Assembly: GCA_045578445.1 (NCBI GenBank)
Contig: JAZNKG010000040.1
Span: forward strand, 3,922 to 67,921
Reading direction: 5' to 3'
Source of the DNA: Alphaproteobacteria bacterium
GTDB taxonomy: Bacteria; Pseudomonadota; Alphaproteobacteria; RF32; CAG-239
DNA length: 64,000 bases
Position 1 is the stretch's first letter, and each line of letters begins with the position of its first letter. Of the stretch, positions 1-10,139 are shown one piece after another. The notes beneath the pieces were generated by a model that made no database searches, had not been told where the DNA came from, and was given only the letters and a program-made list of their open reading frames with translations. Both the position numbers and the translations under genes were made by a program.

Positions 1-2
1 AT

Positions 3-620
3 AATTCTGGTGTGGAAGGTTTTACAACAGATGAGACAGTTTTAGAAAATAGAAGATTGCGTCAACGAGCTATGATGAGTACGTTAATGCTCTCTTTTGG
101 TACACCTATTATTCGTTTTGGTGATGAGTTTTTGAATACCCAGTTTGGTAATAATAATACGTATTGCCAAGATAATGTTATTTCTTATTTGGTTTGGGAA
201 ACTATTAGTGGGGCAGAAGTTAATAATATTCGTTTTGTGAAAGAACTTATTAAACTTCGCCGTAAGATGGGCGTATTTAATCGTAAGAATTTCTTTTATG
301 GTGGATATGTTGATGCTAAACAAGGTATTAAAGATATTGCTTGGTATACAGAAAAAGGTGTTGAGTTTACGCAGTCAGATTGGTCTCAACATAATAGGAA
401 GATGATATCTTATATGGTGGCAGGACAGGACAGAATGTATATGGTTATCTTTAATGCCAATGCGAATAATGTAAAATGGAAGCTACCAAATATTAAGAAG
501 GCATATAAATGGACTTTATTATTAGATAGTTCTGATAAATTTGAGCCTCAGAAAATTGCTTCAGGCGAAGAAATTTGGGTGCCAGCATGGAATGTTTTAT
601 GCTTTGAAATAAAAAAGTAA
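3..620 (+). CDS. glgX: Glycogen debranching enzyme (isoamylase), C-terminal part; 5' end lies outside the window
   Basis: Frame is open from base 3 (NSGVEG). Has LMLSFGTPIIRFGDEF..TQFGNNNTYCQDN, the GlgX C-terminal signature. Adjacent to malQ. Confidence 0.9.
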   Translation, partial: NSGVEGFTTDETVLENRRLRQRAMMSTLMLSFGTPIIRFGDEFLNTQFGNNNTYCQDNVISYLVWETISGAEVNNIRFVKELIKLRRKMGVFNRKNFFYGGYVDAKQGIKDIAWYTEKGVEFTQSDWSQHNRKMISYMVAGQDRMYMVIFNANANNVKWKLPNIKKAYKWTLLLDSSDKFEPQKIASGEEIWVPAWNVLCFEIKK

Positions 621-632
621 GGGAGGATATAT

Positions 633-2771
633 ATGAGTCAATTGTTAAACAGTTTAGCTGATAAATTGGGTATTGCTACTGAATATACATTTGGTTGTGG
701 TGGAGATGTAAAACATTGTAGTGTGAATGAAGATTTGGTGCGCTTTTTTGTTGAGAGTTTAGGTTATGGCGCAAAAGATGATGTTGAAGTTCAAAAATCT
801 TTAGATACATTAGAAAAAAAACGTTGGCAAAGAGCGTTAGAAGCTATTTATGTTGTTAATACTGATAAGGTTAATTTTGATATTGTTGTTTCAACTGAAG
901 AAGCAGAAAATGAAATGGTTGTTAGTTATGCAAAAGAAGGTAAGAATAATTTTGCAAAGCTAAAGGTATCTTTTAATGAAGTTTGTCGTAAAAAAGAAAG
1001 AAAAATTGAGTATGTGCAATATGAGGTATTAGTTGAGAATAACCTAGAGCCAGGATATTATGATATAAAAGTAAAAACATCAAAAGCGGAATATAAAACA
1101 GTTTTAGCTGTAGCTCCAAAAAAATGTTATGCTTTGGATAAAAAGGGTAAAGAAAAATTATTTGGTTTTGCTATTCAGCTATATTCTTTAAAAAGTGAGC
1201 GTAATTGGGGTGTTGGTGATTTTACTGATTTAGAAAATATGATAAATATTTTAGCTGATAGCGGTGGTGATGTTATTGGCTTAAATCCATTGAATGTGTT
1301 ATTGCATAACTATCCAGAGGCAGCTAGTCCTTATGCTTCTATTAGTAGATTGTTTTTGAATCCTATTTATATTGATGTAGAAAAAGTTCCTTTTTATAAA
1401 CAAGAAGATAAAGATGATAAAGCAATATGGTTTGCTAAAGAGAAAGAAAATATTGACTATACAACTATATATAATGCAAAAGCAAAAGCTTTGGGAAATA
1501 TATATGCTAGAGTTATTGATAATAAAAATAGTGCTTATGCAAAAGAGTTTGAAAAATTTAAAAAAGCAGATACTGGAGAGTTGCATAGATTAGCTGTTTT
1601 TCAGGCTGTATATAATGAGCGTTGTAAGTTGTGTGGTAAAACTTCTAAAAAGTGGGAAGATAGTGTTAGCTCAGCTTTAAGTAGTGGTGTTGAAAAATTT
1701 GCTGAAACACATCAGTATGATGTAGACTTTTTTAAGTTTTTACAATTTGAGGCAGATAGACAATTAAAATTGGTTGAACAAAAAATTAAAGATAGAAATT
1801 TGGTTATAGGTTTGTATCGCGATTTGCCTGTTGGTGTTTCAAAAGATAGCGCAGAAGTTTGGGGAGATAAATATTTATATCTTCAAAAAAGCGGTGCAGG
1901 TGCTCCACCTGATAATTATTTCCCAATGGGTCAAAAATGGGGATTGGGTGCGTTTAATCCATTTGAATTGAAGGAACGTTGCTATAAACCGTTTATTCGT
2001 ATTTTAAGAGCAAATATGCGATATGCTGGTGCTATTAGGATTGACCATGTTATGGGATTGTCTCGATTGTATATTATTCCTGATGATGGTAAGGAAGGAA
2101 CATATATTCGATATAACGAAAAAGATATGATGAATATTTTGGCATTAGAAAGTTATTTGAATAAATGTGTGGTTGTTGGCGAATGTATTGGTAATGTCGC
2201 TGAAGGTTTTCAACAAATGTTGACTGAACGTAATATTTATTCATTAGGAGTATTATGGGCTGAAAGAAAAGATGCTAGTGGGACAATGAAAGCTCCAGCT
2301 GAATATGAAACAAAATATTTTGCTTCTGTTGGTACTCATGATATGCCACCGTTAAAAGCTTGGTGGTTTGGTAGTGAAATTGCGACAATGAATAAATTAG
2401 GCTTTTATAATGAAGAAGAAACGAGGCGAGCATATCAACATCGTGAACATGAAAGACGTTTATTGCTAGAAGCTTTGGATAGAGAAGGTGTATGGCCAAA
2501 CGATAGATGGCGTAAAGCTGATTATATGTATGGCGAGGGTTATCCTGAAGGAATTGAAGAAGCTGTACACGCATATATGGCTAAGAGCAATAGTGAAGTA
2601 TTTATGCTTCAGCCAGAAGATATTTTCCAATCAATGAAGATTCAAAATTTGCCAGGAACAGACGTGGATAAATATCCTAATTGGAGAAGTCGTCTTAATG
2701 TAAATATTGAGAATATTGGTCTTAGTGAAGCTTATCATAGGAATATAAATACTGTAAAAAAATGGCGCTAG
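633..2771 (+). CDS. malQ: 4-alpha-glucanotransferase (amylomaltase, GH77)
   Basis: QLYSL..NWGVGDF, SPY..SR, DLPVG, GAPPD..GQKWG, RIDHVMG, GTHDMPPL, QNLPGT..YPNWR motifs; RBS GGAGG. Confidence 0.95.
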   Translation: MSQLLNSLADKLGIATEYTFGCGGDVKHCSVNEDLVRFFVESLGYGAKDDVEVQKSLDTLEKKRWQRALEAIYVVNTDKVNFDIVVSTEEAENEMVVSYAKEGKNNFAKLKVSFNEVCRKKERKIEYVQYEVLVENNLEPGYYDIKVKTSKAEYKTVLAVAPKKCYALDKKGKEKLFGFAIQLYSLKSERNWGVGDFTDLENMINILADSGGDVIGLNPLNVLLHNYPEAASPYASISRLFLNPIYIDVEKVPFYKQEDKDDKAIWFAKEKENIDYTTIYNAKAKALGNIYARVIDNKNSAYAKEFEKFKKADTGELHRLAVFQAVYNERCKLCGKTSKKWEDSVSSALSSGVEKFAETHQYDVDFFKFLQFEADRQLKLVEQKIKDRNLVIGLYRDLPVGVSKDSAEVWGDKYLYLQKSGAGAPPDNYFPMGQKWGLGAFNPFELKERCYKPFIRILRANMRYAGAIRIDHVMGLSRLYIIPDDGKEGTYIRYNEKDMMNILALESYLNKCVVVGECIGNVAEGFQQMLTERNIYSLGVLWAERKDASGTMKAPAEYETKYFASVGTHDMPPLKAWWFGSEIATMNKLGFYNEEETRRAYQHREHERRLLLEALDREGVWPNDRWRKADYMYGEGYPEGIEEAVHAYMAKSNSEVFMLQPEDIFQSMKIQNLPGTDVDKYPNWRSRLNVNIENIGLSEAYHRNINTVKKWR

Positions 2772-2787
2772 TGTTTTTGGGGAGCAG

Positions 2788-4362
2788 ATGTTAATGAAAG
2801 GTATTAATATTAAAAATAAGATATATTTGCTTCCAGATATAGCATTGTTTTTTACATTGTTGTTTGTTTTATTTTTAATTTCGTTGGTATGTTTTTGCAA
2901 TATTTATCCTGAAGGGGATGTTATGGAGCACATTAAGGCCTCTTTTAAGGTATATAAAGGGGAAGTTCCGTATAGAGATTTTTTTGAACATCATCATCCT
3001 TTGTTATGGTATTTAATGGGGTGGTTTGTTGCTCTTTTTGAGGGAATGGGAAATATTATTGTATATATTGCTGATTATGTAACGTTTTTATTTTTCTTAA
3101 TAGGTGTTTTTTATATCTATAAAATAATGAATGAGTTTATTTGCGGGCGTACTGGAGCTTTGTTATCGGCATTATTTATATTATGTCCAGGAACGATGCT
3201 TTATTATATTTATTTTAAACCAGATAATTATGTAACTACATGTATTTCTGCTGGTTTGTATTATTTTTTTCGTTATATACGAGATATAAAAAGACGAGAC
3301 TTGGTTGTTTCTTATTTTTTGTTTTGGCTTGCTTTTATGTTTTTACAAAAAGCAATATTATTTTATCCTGCTATTGGTGTAGTATCTTTGTTTTTTCTTT
3401 ATAAAAAAGAGATAATGTATAAAGATTTTTTGATATCTCTTATTGCTCCAGTTCTATTTAGTATTGTTTTTATTTATATTTGGGTGCATTTGGGAATATT
3501 TGAGCTATATTGGAAAACTAATTTTGTATTTAACACATATATGCGTGAATATATGGGCGAATATGGGATTAATAAAGCATGGCATTTGGCTGATATATTT
3601 TTTTATGTGGCATCATTTTCTTTGCTAATTCTTTTTTGTAGTATGAATAAATATTACAGAATCATGGGCATTGTTTTTGCTTCACAGTTGATGTTTAACC
3701 TATTTTATTTTTCGCCACATGTTTACTACTATTATGTTCCATTTTATTTTGCTGTTCCTGTGGCTGTAGCTGGTGTTTTAAAAATATCAGAAAATAATAA
3801 GATGTTGAAAATTGTTGTTATTATTCAATCTATTATTTATTTTTTATATGGTGCATATTGGTTTGTTCATGATATTAAGGTTTCATATGCTAATTTATCT
3901 CATGCTTATGACAGAGAAGATTATTTGAAAAACTTAGTTAATAAATGTGACTACACATTTACACCTTATGATTTTGTTTATAATAAAGATTTGGGTTATT
4001 ATTGGTTTTTATTAGGTCAATCTGATGTTATAGGGGATAAGGTAGGTATTAGACCAATAGAAGATATAAATAAGTTAATTGAAGATAAAAAGCCTAAGCT
4101 GATTTATGTTCAAAATATTTATGAACGCTATGAAAAAGTTAAAGGTAATAAAGTTATAGTACATAAGTTTGATATGGATATGATAAATAAGTTTTACGAT
4201 AGAGTTAAGGATAATGTTTTATTTGATGAGTTGTTAGAAATGGAGGACTTTAGCGAGACGTATAGTGAAAGGGCTATAAAATATCTATTAAAGCCTGAGT
4301 TTAGAAAAGATAACTGTAAATATAATCCTAAAACAAGGAAATTTGAATATGAACAAAATTGA
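2788..4362 (+). CDS. Multi-pass membrane GT-C fold glycosyltransferase (ArnT/PMT_2-like)
   Basis: About 11 hydrophobic segments; loop motif GD..EH....G.VPYRDFFEHHHPLLWY; FKPDN; soluble C-terminal domain. Confidence 0.65.
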   Translation: MLMKGINIKNKIYLLPDIALFFTLLFVLFLISLVCFCNIYPEGDVMEHIKASFKVYKGEVPYRDFFEHHHPLLWYLMGWFVALFEGMGNIIVYIADYVTFLFFLIGVFYIYKIMNEFICGRTGALLSALFILCPGTMLYYIYFKPDNYVTTCISAGLYYFFRYIRDIKRRDLVVSYFLFWLAFMFLQKAILFYPAIGVVSLFFLYKKEIMYKDFLISLIAPVLFSIVFIYIWVHLGIFELYWKTNFVFNTYMREYMGEYGINKAWHLADIFFYVASFSLLILFCSMNKYYRIMGIVFASQLMFNLFYFSPHVYYYYVPFYFAVPVAVAGVLKISENNKMLKIVVIIQSIIYFLYGAYWFVHDIKVSYANLSHAYDREDYLKNLVNKCDYTFTPYDFVYNKDLGYYWFLLGQSDVIGDKVGIRPIEDINKLIEDKKPKLIYVQNIYERYEKVKGNKVIVHKFDMDMINKFYDRVKDNVLFDELLEMEDFSETYSERAIKYLLKPEFRKDNCKYNPKTRKFEYEQN

Positions 4363-5857
4363 TTATATCCATATAAAAGATAAATTTTTTAGGTATGTTC
4401 CTTTATGGGCGGTTATTGGTCTGATTGTTTTTTCTTCAATATTACATACTCTTGTTTCGGCACATTTGCCAACACAAAATGGGGATAATATTGAGCATAT
4501 TCATTCTAGTTTTATGATAGCAATAGGGCAAGTTCCTTATAAGGATTTTTTTCAGCATCATAATCCTTTATTATGGTATTTGTTTGCTCCTTTAACAAAG
4601 ATTTTTGAATATAATGCAACTATTTCTGAGGTAGTTTGTGTTATTTCATTTCTTGTTTTTTTGAAGTCTTTAGTTTATGTTTATCGTATAAATGAGGAGT
4701 TCTTAACTAATAAATTATGGGGTATTATTGCAGCAGGGGCGATTATCACACCAAGTTTTAAGCTATATGCGATAGATTTTAGACCAGATAATTATATGCT
4801 ATTTTGTTTGGTTGCGGGTATTTATTATTATTTTAGATATTTAAGGGATAAAAAGTTAAAAGATTTATCAATTGCGTTTATATGGTTTTTTGTGAGTTTT
4901 ATGTTTGCTCAAAAAGCGATATTCCCATTATTTATTTTAGGTTTAAGTGTAATATGGTTTTGGTATAAAAAAGAGATTAATACATTAGATTTGTTAAAAG
5001 CTAGTGTTTATCCCATTGTAGGTTTTGGGTTATTTTTCTTTTATTTATATCATTATGATATGCTTGAACTGTATTATGTTTCTAATTATACATTTAATTT
5101 AAATTTAGTTGAAGGTTTTGATATTTCAAGAATTGTGTCTTTTCCTAAATATATGAAAGTTATTGTTATACTAGGGGGGATAGGCGCATTATGTTCCGCA
5201 TTTAGCCATAACAAATATTGGATGGTATTTGGGGTAATGTTTTGGATTGAATTTTTGCAACGCCGTATGTATTTTTCGCCATATTCATATTATTATTGGA
5301 TGCTATTTTATTTTGCCGTATTTAGTGCAATTCCGTTTTTGTATGAACTTGATAAAAAAAATAGAGTTATTCGGGTATTGTTTATTGGTATAATGTATTA
5401 TTTTTTGTTTAAGGTAACAGTTTTTTATATCAATTTATATAAAAATAAAAGAGAAATGTATCTTCCTGATTATATAACACAAAATATTAATCGTTGTGAT
5501 TATGTGTTTAATGGTAATGGAATGATGTATAATATATTTGCTAAAGACCCTGCGTATTATTGGCAACTTATAGGTCAATTAGATGTGATTGGGGAACAAA
5601 CAGGTATTTATCCAAAACCAAATATTAATAGATTAATATTAGATTTAAGGCCTAAGTTTATTTATGGGCAAAGTTATCTTAATAAGTTTTCTGATGAAAG
5701 TGGGCGCAATGAAATTGTGCATTACGTAGATAAGGATATTGTTGATAAATATTATAACGCTACTGGTTTTGGTTATGTTTATGAAATAAAGCCAGAATAT
5801 GCAAAAAAGGTATGTGTAAGAAATGAAAAGACAGGTGTGTGGTCGTATATAGATTAA
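4343..5857 (+). CDS. GT-C fold glycosyltransferase, tandem paralog of the upstream gene
   Basis: Same motifs: GDNIEH..GQVPYKDFFQHHNPLLWY, FRPDNY, QKA, YYW..GQ.DVIG. Confidence 0.65.
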   Translation: MNMNKIDYIHIKDKFFRYVPLWAVIGLIVFSSILHTLVSAHLPTQNGDNIEHIHSSFMIAIGQVPYKDFFQHHNPLLWYLFAPLTKIFEYNATISEVVCVISFLVFLKSLVYVYRINEEFLTNKLWGIIAAGAIITPSFKLYAIDFRPDNYMLFCLVAGIYYYFRYLRDKKLKDLSIAFIWFFVSFMFAQKAIFPLFILGLSVIWFWYKKEINTLDLLKASVYPIVGFGLFFFYLYHYDMLELYYVSNYTFNLNLVEGFDISRIVSFPKYMKVIVILGGIGALCSAFSHNKYWMVFGVMFWIEFLQRRMYFSPYSYYYWMLFYFAVFSAIPFLYELDKKNRVIRVLFIGIMYYFLFKVTVFYINLYKNKREMYLPDYITQNINRCDYVFNGNGMMYNIFAKDPAYYWQLIGQLDVIGEQTGIYPKPNINRLILDLRPKFIYGQSYLNKFSDESGRNEIVHYVDKDIVDKYYNATGFGYVYEIKPEYAKKVCVRNEKTGVWSYID

Positions 5858-5935
5858 ATTCGTTTGTTAAATAAGTTTTAAATAAAAGATGTTATAGGTT
5901 AATATATAGCAGTATAAGTAAAAGAGAGGTTGGCT

Positions 5936-6661
5936 ATGTCTGATGAAAAACAAAGAAGTTCACTGTTTAAGTTTTTTTATATTATATTGAGAGTGTTAAC
6001 TTTTCCAATTTATGTAGTTTTATATATATTAAAACATCCTGTGTGGGTTTTGTTTTTTGTTCTTTTAGGGGCAGGTATTGTTGCTTATTATCCGATGAGC
6101 AAAGGTGTGCCAACTTCTGAAATTATACAGTGGTATAAAAATAAATATGCAGAAGTTAAGTATGATGTAGTTAAGAGTGTTGCTGAAAATGTAGATGAGG
6201 GCATTGTGCCAGAGGTATTGGCGGAAAAAGTTAAAAAAGAGCAACAAAAAATGGATGAAGAAAAAGCCGAAGCAAAGCGTTTTAAAGGTGAAAATTATAA
6301 TGCTAAAATTGATAGACAAGACGAGTTCGAGAATGTTGCTGAAAGTATAAAAAAACGTGGTGGTTTTAAGAAAAAAGTAGCAGATACGCAAGAAGAGGAA
6401 GCTGTTAGTGTTGAGGTAAATGAAAGTGTTGGTGGTTTGTCTGGCATTTTGAAAAAAATGGAAACAGAAGAAATAAAAGAAGACGAGGTAATTAGTAGTG
6501 AAGTACAGGAAACTAATTCTGATAATGCAGTGCCAGAAGTGGTAATTGAAGAAAATCTTGTAGATGATACTAAAATTGAACAGCCTGTAAATAAAACAGA
6601 GGAAGTAGGCGAAACTAAATCTGATGAAGATAGCCAAAAAGCAGATTTAGAACTTTTATAA
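5936..6661 (+). CDS. Hypothetical membrane-anchored protein with acidic C-terminal tail
   Basis: N-terminal hydrophobic segments, Glu-rich C-terminus; AGAGG RBS before ATG 5936. Confidence 0.6.
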   Translation: MSDEKQRSSLFKFFYIILRVLTFPIYVVLYILKHPVWVLFFVLLGAGIVAYYPMSKGVPTSEIIQWYKNKYAEVKYDVVKSVAENVDEGIVPEVLAEKVKKEQQKMDEEKAEAKRFKGENYNAKIDRQDEFENVAESIKKRGGFKKKVADTQEEEAVSVEVNESVGGLSGILKKMETEEIKEDEVISSEVQETNSDNAVPEVVIEENLVDDTKIEQPVNKTEEVGETKSDEDSQKADLELL

Positions 6662-6871
6662 ATTAGCTTTTTGCTGTAAATTTTTTAAGATATATAACCT
6701 TATAGCAGAAGATAGGTTTGTTGTTGTGCGATTTTTATCTATTTGAGTTATAAGTTCGTTTGGGGATAGATTTTGCTCTTGAGCTAAGATGCATAATATA
6801 TGATAAAATTCTTCTTCTAAAGATATGCTAGTTGTGTGATTTTTAGCAATTATTACGGAATATTTTTTCAT
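6656..6871 (-). CDS. Ribbon-helix-helix domain protein (RHH_4-like)
   Basis: KKYSV.I..H.TSISLEEEF..L...IDK.R...NLSSAIRLY pattern typical of the alphaproteobacterial RHH family. Confidence 0.8.
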   Translation of the reverse strand: MKKYSVIIAKNHTTSISLEEEFYHILCILAQEQNLSPNELITQIDKNRTTTNLSSAIRLYILKNLQQKANL

Positions 6872-7336
6872 CTATTTTTTGTTCCTAAAACTATCAAAAG
6901 AGATAATTTGAGCTGTTTCTCCAGAAACTTTTCTTTCAGGTTCAATATCTTCTAATGAATGAACATCACCGTTTTCATAAAAAGAAAAACTTAAGCCAAA
7001 TTTTGCAGATGGATCTGCAAAATATGTAATTGCTTCGTAAGGGATGATAAGATTTTGAGCCATTCCTCCAAAACTTAAATCTACAGAAAAGAATTTTTCT
7101 TCTATAGATAAGTTTGCATACTGATGTTGTAATACAATGGTCATGCTTTCAGGATATTGTATTTTTAGGTTTTGAGGAATGATTGTGCCAGGATGATCTG
7201 TTTTAAAAGTGATATAAAAATGATTATCACCAGGAAGCCCTTGTGCTTCTGCTATTTTAAGGGCATCAACTACCACTTGTTTTAAGGCTTTTTCAATCAG
7301 TTTATCATAGTTTATTTCACTTACAAATTCTGTCAT
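6872..7336 (-). CDS. sspB: ClpXP specificity-enhancing factor SspB (alpha type)
   Basis: GLPGDNHFYITF.T.HPG..YPE.MTIVLQHQ, LSFGG, F.DPS..FGL.F and C-terminal ISFDSFR.K; directly downstream of ssrA. Start probably ATG 7336 (track gives 7357). Confidence 0.92.
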   Translation of the reverse strand: MTEFVSEINYDKLIEKALKQVVVDALKIAEAQGLPGDNHFYITFKTDHPGTIIPQNLKIQYPESMTIVLQHQYANLSIEEKFFSVDLSFGGMAQNLIIPYEAITYFADPSAKFGLSFSFYENGDVHSLEDIEPERKVSGETAQIISFDSFRNKK

Positions 7337-7371
7337 TTCAAACTCTATTTCTTGCAATTAATTTAAGTTAA

Positions 7372-7679
7372 AAAGAGCCGTTCTGTTGCTAGGTGGCTCA
7401 CTCCCCACTTTATGCTAACCATAGCTTAAAGAATTTAGATTTGTTGCTTTAACTTAAGCAGCTACAGCAACTGGTGCAAAATTATCATTTGCGTTTATTT
7501 AATTTGAACCGATAACGGTGGTATCTCACCGAATACAGCACAGATATCTTTACTATACACTGTCTAACCTATTTCGCCCCCATAAAATTTTTGGTGGAGG
7601 CGCTGGGTACTGCCCCCAGGTCCAACATATCTATTCCATACGGCTTTTCGTATCAGAGTTTTGCGAGAATCGTAAAACT
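7372..7679 (-). ncRNA. ssrA: Two-piece (circularly permuted) tmRNA
   Basis: Acceptor piece ends GGGGGCAGTACCCAGCGCCTCCACCA (CCA end at 7592); 10-nt intervening segment; coding piece starts GGGGGCG at 7581, giving a G3-U70 stem. Tag ANDNFAPVAVAA* at 7492-7454. Outer ends are approximate. Confidence 0.95.
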
Positions 7680-7685
7680 TCTAAA

Positions 7686-7714
7686 ATTATAGTGTCAAAA
7701 AAAATTATTTTCAA
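7686..7714 (-). promoter_or_regulatory. Sigma70-type promoter of ssrA
   Basis: TTGAAA-N17-TATAAT on the minus strand just upstream of the acceptor piece. Confidence 0.65.
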
Positions 7715-7820
7715 GATATATTGTTTATTATATTTTGAACATATAGAAATTTTTTTAATATTTTATTTAACAATATGGTATATGTTTTTTGTATCTAATA
7801 TTATTTTTAGGAATAATGCA

Positions 7821-10091
7821 ATGAACACACCTGTAAAACATTCTTTGAAGTTGAATAAAGTTAGTCGCTCTAGTGGATCATCTTATAAAAAAGCTAATAG
7901 CTTTGCAGATAAGATGATGCGAGTTATATATATGTTTTTAATTATGGCGTTGGATTTTATATTGTTTGTGTATTCTATTAATGGAAAACTAATAGAGAAT
8001 GGCGAACTTAATCCTGCTATGATGTATATTTTTGCGGGAATGCTTGCGATTTCATTTACTTTAATATTTGCGTTGTTTTTTTCTAAAGATTTACAAAATA
8101 TAGTGTGCGCATTGTTAACTCTTGTAATGGTAGTTGCATTTTATAATCAGTTTGCGCTGTTTAATGTAGATAATTTTATTGAAACATGGCTAGAAAAGCA
8201 TATGAGTTGGCTTAGTTTCATAGCTATTGTTCCTTCTTCTTGGTTGGTTGGTCTTTTTTGTGCAGTTATTATATTTTTTGCCTTTAGATTTTCTATAACT
8301 TTATATTTTATAACGATTGTATTGCTATTATCAAGTGTGGTAGGGGTAAAAAGTATTGAATTTGCTGATGTTGATAAAAAAGAATATTATAATTTAAAAG
8401 ATATGGCAAAAAGCGCAAAAGGGAAAATAGACCATAGTATAATTTATTTTATGATTCCAGAGCTTCCATCATATCATTTTTTAAGCAACTTAAAGAACAG
8501 CGATTTTAGAGAGTTGCGTGATTTAATGATTGGTTTTTATGCTAATAATGATTTTGAAATTTTTCCGAATGCATTTGTTGAAAAAGATGACGCTATGAGC
8601 AATATTGTCGATATTTATAATCAGGTTGATTATACGAGTACAAGTAGTGCAAATAGAGGATATGCGGAAATTATTCATGATTGGAATTTTAGGCATGGTA
8701 CTTTAGATTTGTATGGATTGGAGTTTAATGAGTTGTATGACGCATTAAAGAAAGATAATGGCTATCATATCAGTACGTATTCAGCTCCAGAGTTTAATTT
8801 ATGCTATAAAAAAGATGATTTATATTCTGATAGGTGTGTAGTTAAAAACTATAAAGTCGTTTCTTTATACGATAAAAATAGTGCATTAGAAAAAAATATA
8901 TATGCCCTATTGGGAGAATGGGTTTTAAGTCTAAAAAATAGAGATTTGAAGTTTGTTGCAAAAACTTTGATTGATATGTCTAATCTTAAGAATATGAAGG
9001 TTTTATCTGAGAATCGAAGGGTATCAATTGAGGGTTCGAAAAAAATATTTGATATTGTATCTAAAGATTACATAAAAGATGGCACAGGTGGTGTTTATAT
9101 GGTTTATGTGGATTTGCCGTCTGATATTTATATTTATGATGAATATTGTAATTTAAAACCTAGAAAAGAATGGGTGGCTATAAAAGATAATTCGTTATAT
9201 TCTGGAGGAATCGACAATAAAAGAAAAGCATATGTTGAACAGACGAAATGTTTGATTGGTAAGTTACAAAGTTTTATAACAGATATAAAATCGGATAAAA
9301 AATTTGCTAAAACAGATATTATTATTCAAGGTGTTAGTAACATAAAAGAATTATCTGATATGCAAGCAGGTAGATATAGTAATTTTGTGAAAGATAGATT
9401 GGTTAATCTAGCTATTAGAAAAGGTGGAGCGCCTAAGTTTTTGATTAATGCGAATATTTGTTTGGCAAGTGACTTTACTAAATCAATTTTACGCTATCAA
9501 GACTATTGTTATACCATAGATAATATGAAAATGTCTTCGGAAGAGATGTTTAGTTTAAAACAAAATTTAATTAACAATTCAGTTATCCGCGGTAGTAAAA
9601 TATCAAATATTGCTATAAATTATCGTGAGTGGTATGCAGATTTTAAAAACAAAAATGAGGAGTTGCTTGTAAAACAAAGGCTTAGTAAAAGTGTAGATGA
9701 AGATATAAAACTAGAAATAGAGACAATGAAAAAAGCTCCTGAGAAGGTGAAAATAGATAATTCTTCTGCAGTATATTATGATTTGAAAGCGTTTAATCCA
9801 GATAATATATATACCCCAGCAGATGAATTATTACCTGAAATAGAAGAAGTTGAAGAAAAGGCAAAACCAATAGAAAATAATGTAGAAAATGTTGAAAACT
9901 CTAATGAAAGTAAACTACTAGATGAAGAAATAGAAAAAGCTGTTGAACCAAAGAATGTAGCTAACGAGAATGCCGTTGAATCTGAGAATGAAGTTAACGA
10001 GAATGCTTCTGAAGATGTTGATGAGGTAGTAGTTGACTTAGATGAATTTGTTCCAGCGGAGTTTAGCGAAGATAGTCAAATAGATTTCTAA
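7821..10091 (+). CDS. Membrane protein with possible sulfatase/alkaline-phosphatase-like periplasmic domain and acidic tail
   Basis: About 5 N-terminal TM segments, then IIYFMIPELPSY and VYMVYVDLP strands resembling LtaS/sulfatase folds. Start moved to ATG 7821 (AGGA RBS) because the longer ORF overlaps tmRNA. Confidence 0.55.
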   Translation: MNTPVKHSLKLNKVSRSSGSSYKKANSFADKMMRVIYMFLIMALDFILFVYSINGKLIENGELNPAMMYIFAGMLAISFTLIFALFFSKDLQNIVCALLTLVMVVAFYNQFALFNVDNFIETWLEKHMSWLSFIAIVPSSWLVGLFCAVIIFFAFRFSITLYFITIVLLLSSVVGVKSIEFADVDKKEYYNLKDMAKSAKGKIDHSIIYFMIPELPSYHFLSNLKNSDFRELRDLMIGFYANNDFEIFPNAFVEKDDAMSNIVDIYNQVDYTSTSSANRGYAEIIHDWNFRHGTLDLYGLEFNELYDALKKDNGYHISTYSAPEFNLCYKKDDLYSDRCVVKNYKVVSLYDKNSALEKNIYALLGEWVLSLKNRDLKFVAKTLIDMSNLKNMKVLSENRRVSIEGSKKIFDIVSKDYIKDGTGGVYMVYVDLPSDIYIYDEYCNLKPRKEWVAIKDNSLYSGGIDNKRKAYVEQTKCLIGKLQSFITDIKSDKKFAKTDIIIQGVSNIKELSDMQAGRYSNFVKDRLVNLAIRKGGAPKFLINANICLASDFTKSILRYQDYCYTIDNMKMSSEEMFSLKQNLINNSVIRGSKISNIAINYREWYADFKNKNEELLVKQRLSKSVDEDIKLEIETMKKAPEKVKIDNSSAVYYDLKAFNPDNIYTPADELLPEIEEVEEKAKPIENNVENVENSNESKLLDEEIEKAVEPKNVANENAVESENEVNENASEDVDEVVVDLDEFVPAEFSEDSQIDF

Positions 10092-10139
10092 ATAAACGTG
10101 TTTAATTGTTGATTAAAAGCTTGTAAACATATAAAAAGT

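Noticed and set aside
7518-7820. N-terminal 101 codons of the 857-aa ORF
   Set aside because: Antisense to tmRNA and its promoter; a better ATG with an RBS lies at 7821.
10102-10116. CtrA box TTAA-N7-TTAA upstream of yejE
   Set aside because: Expected by chance in such AT-rich DNA, with no supporting context.
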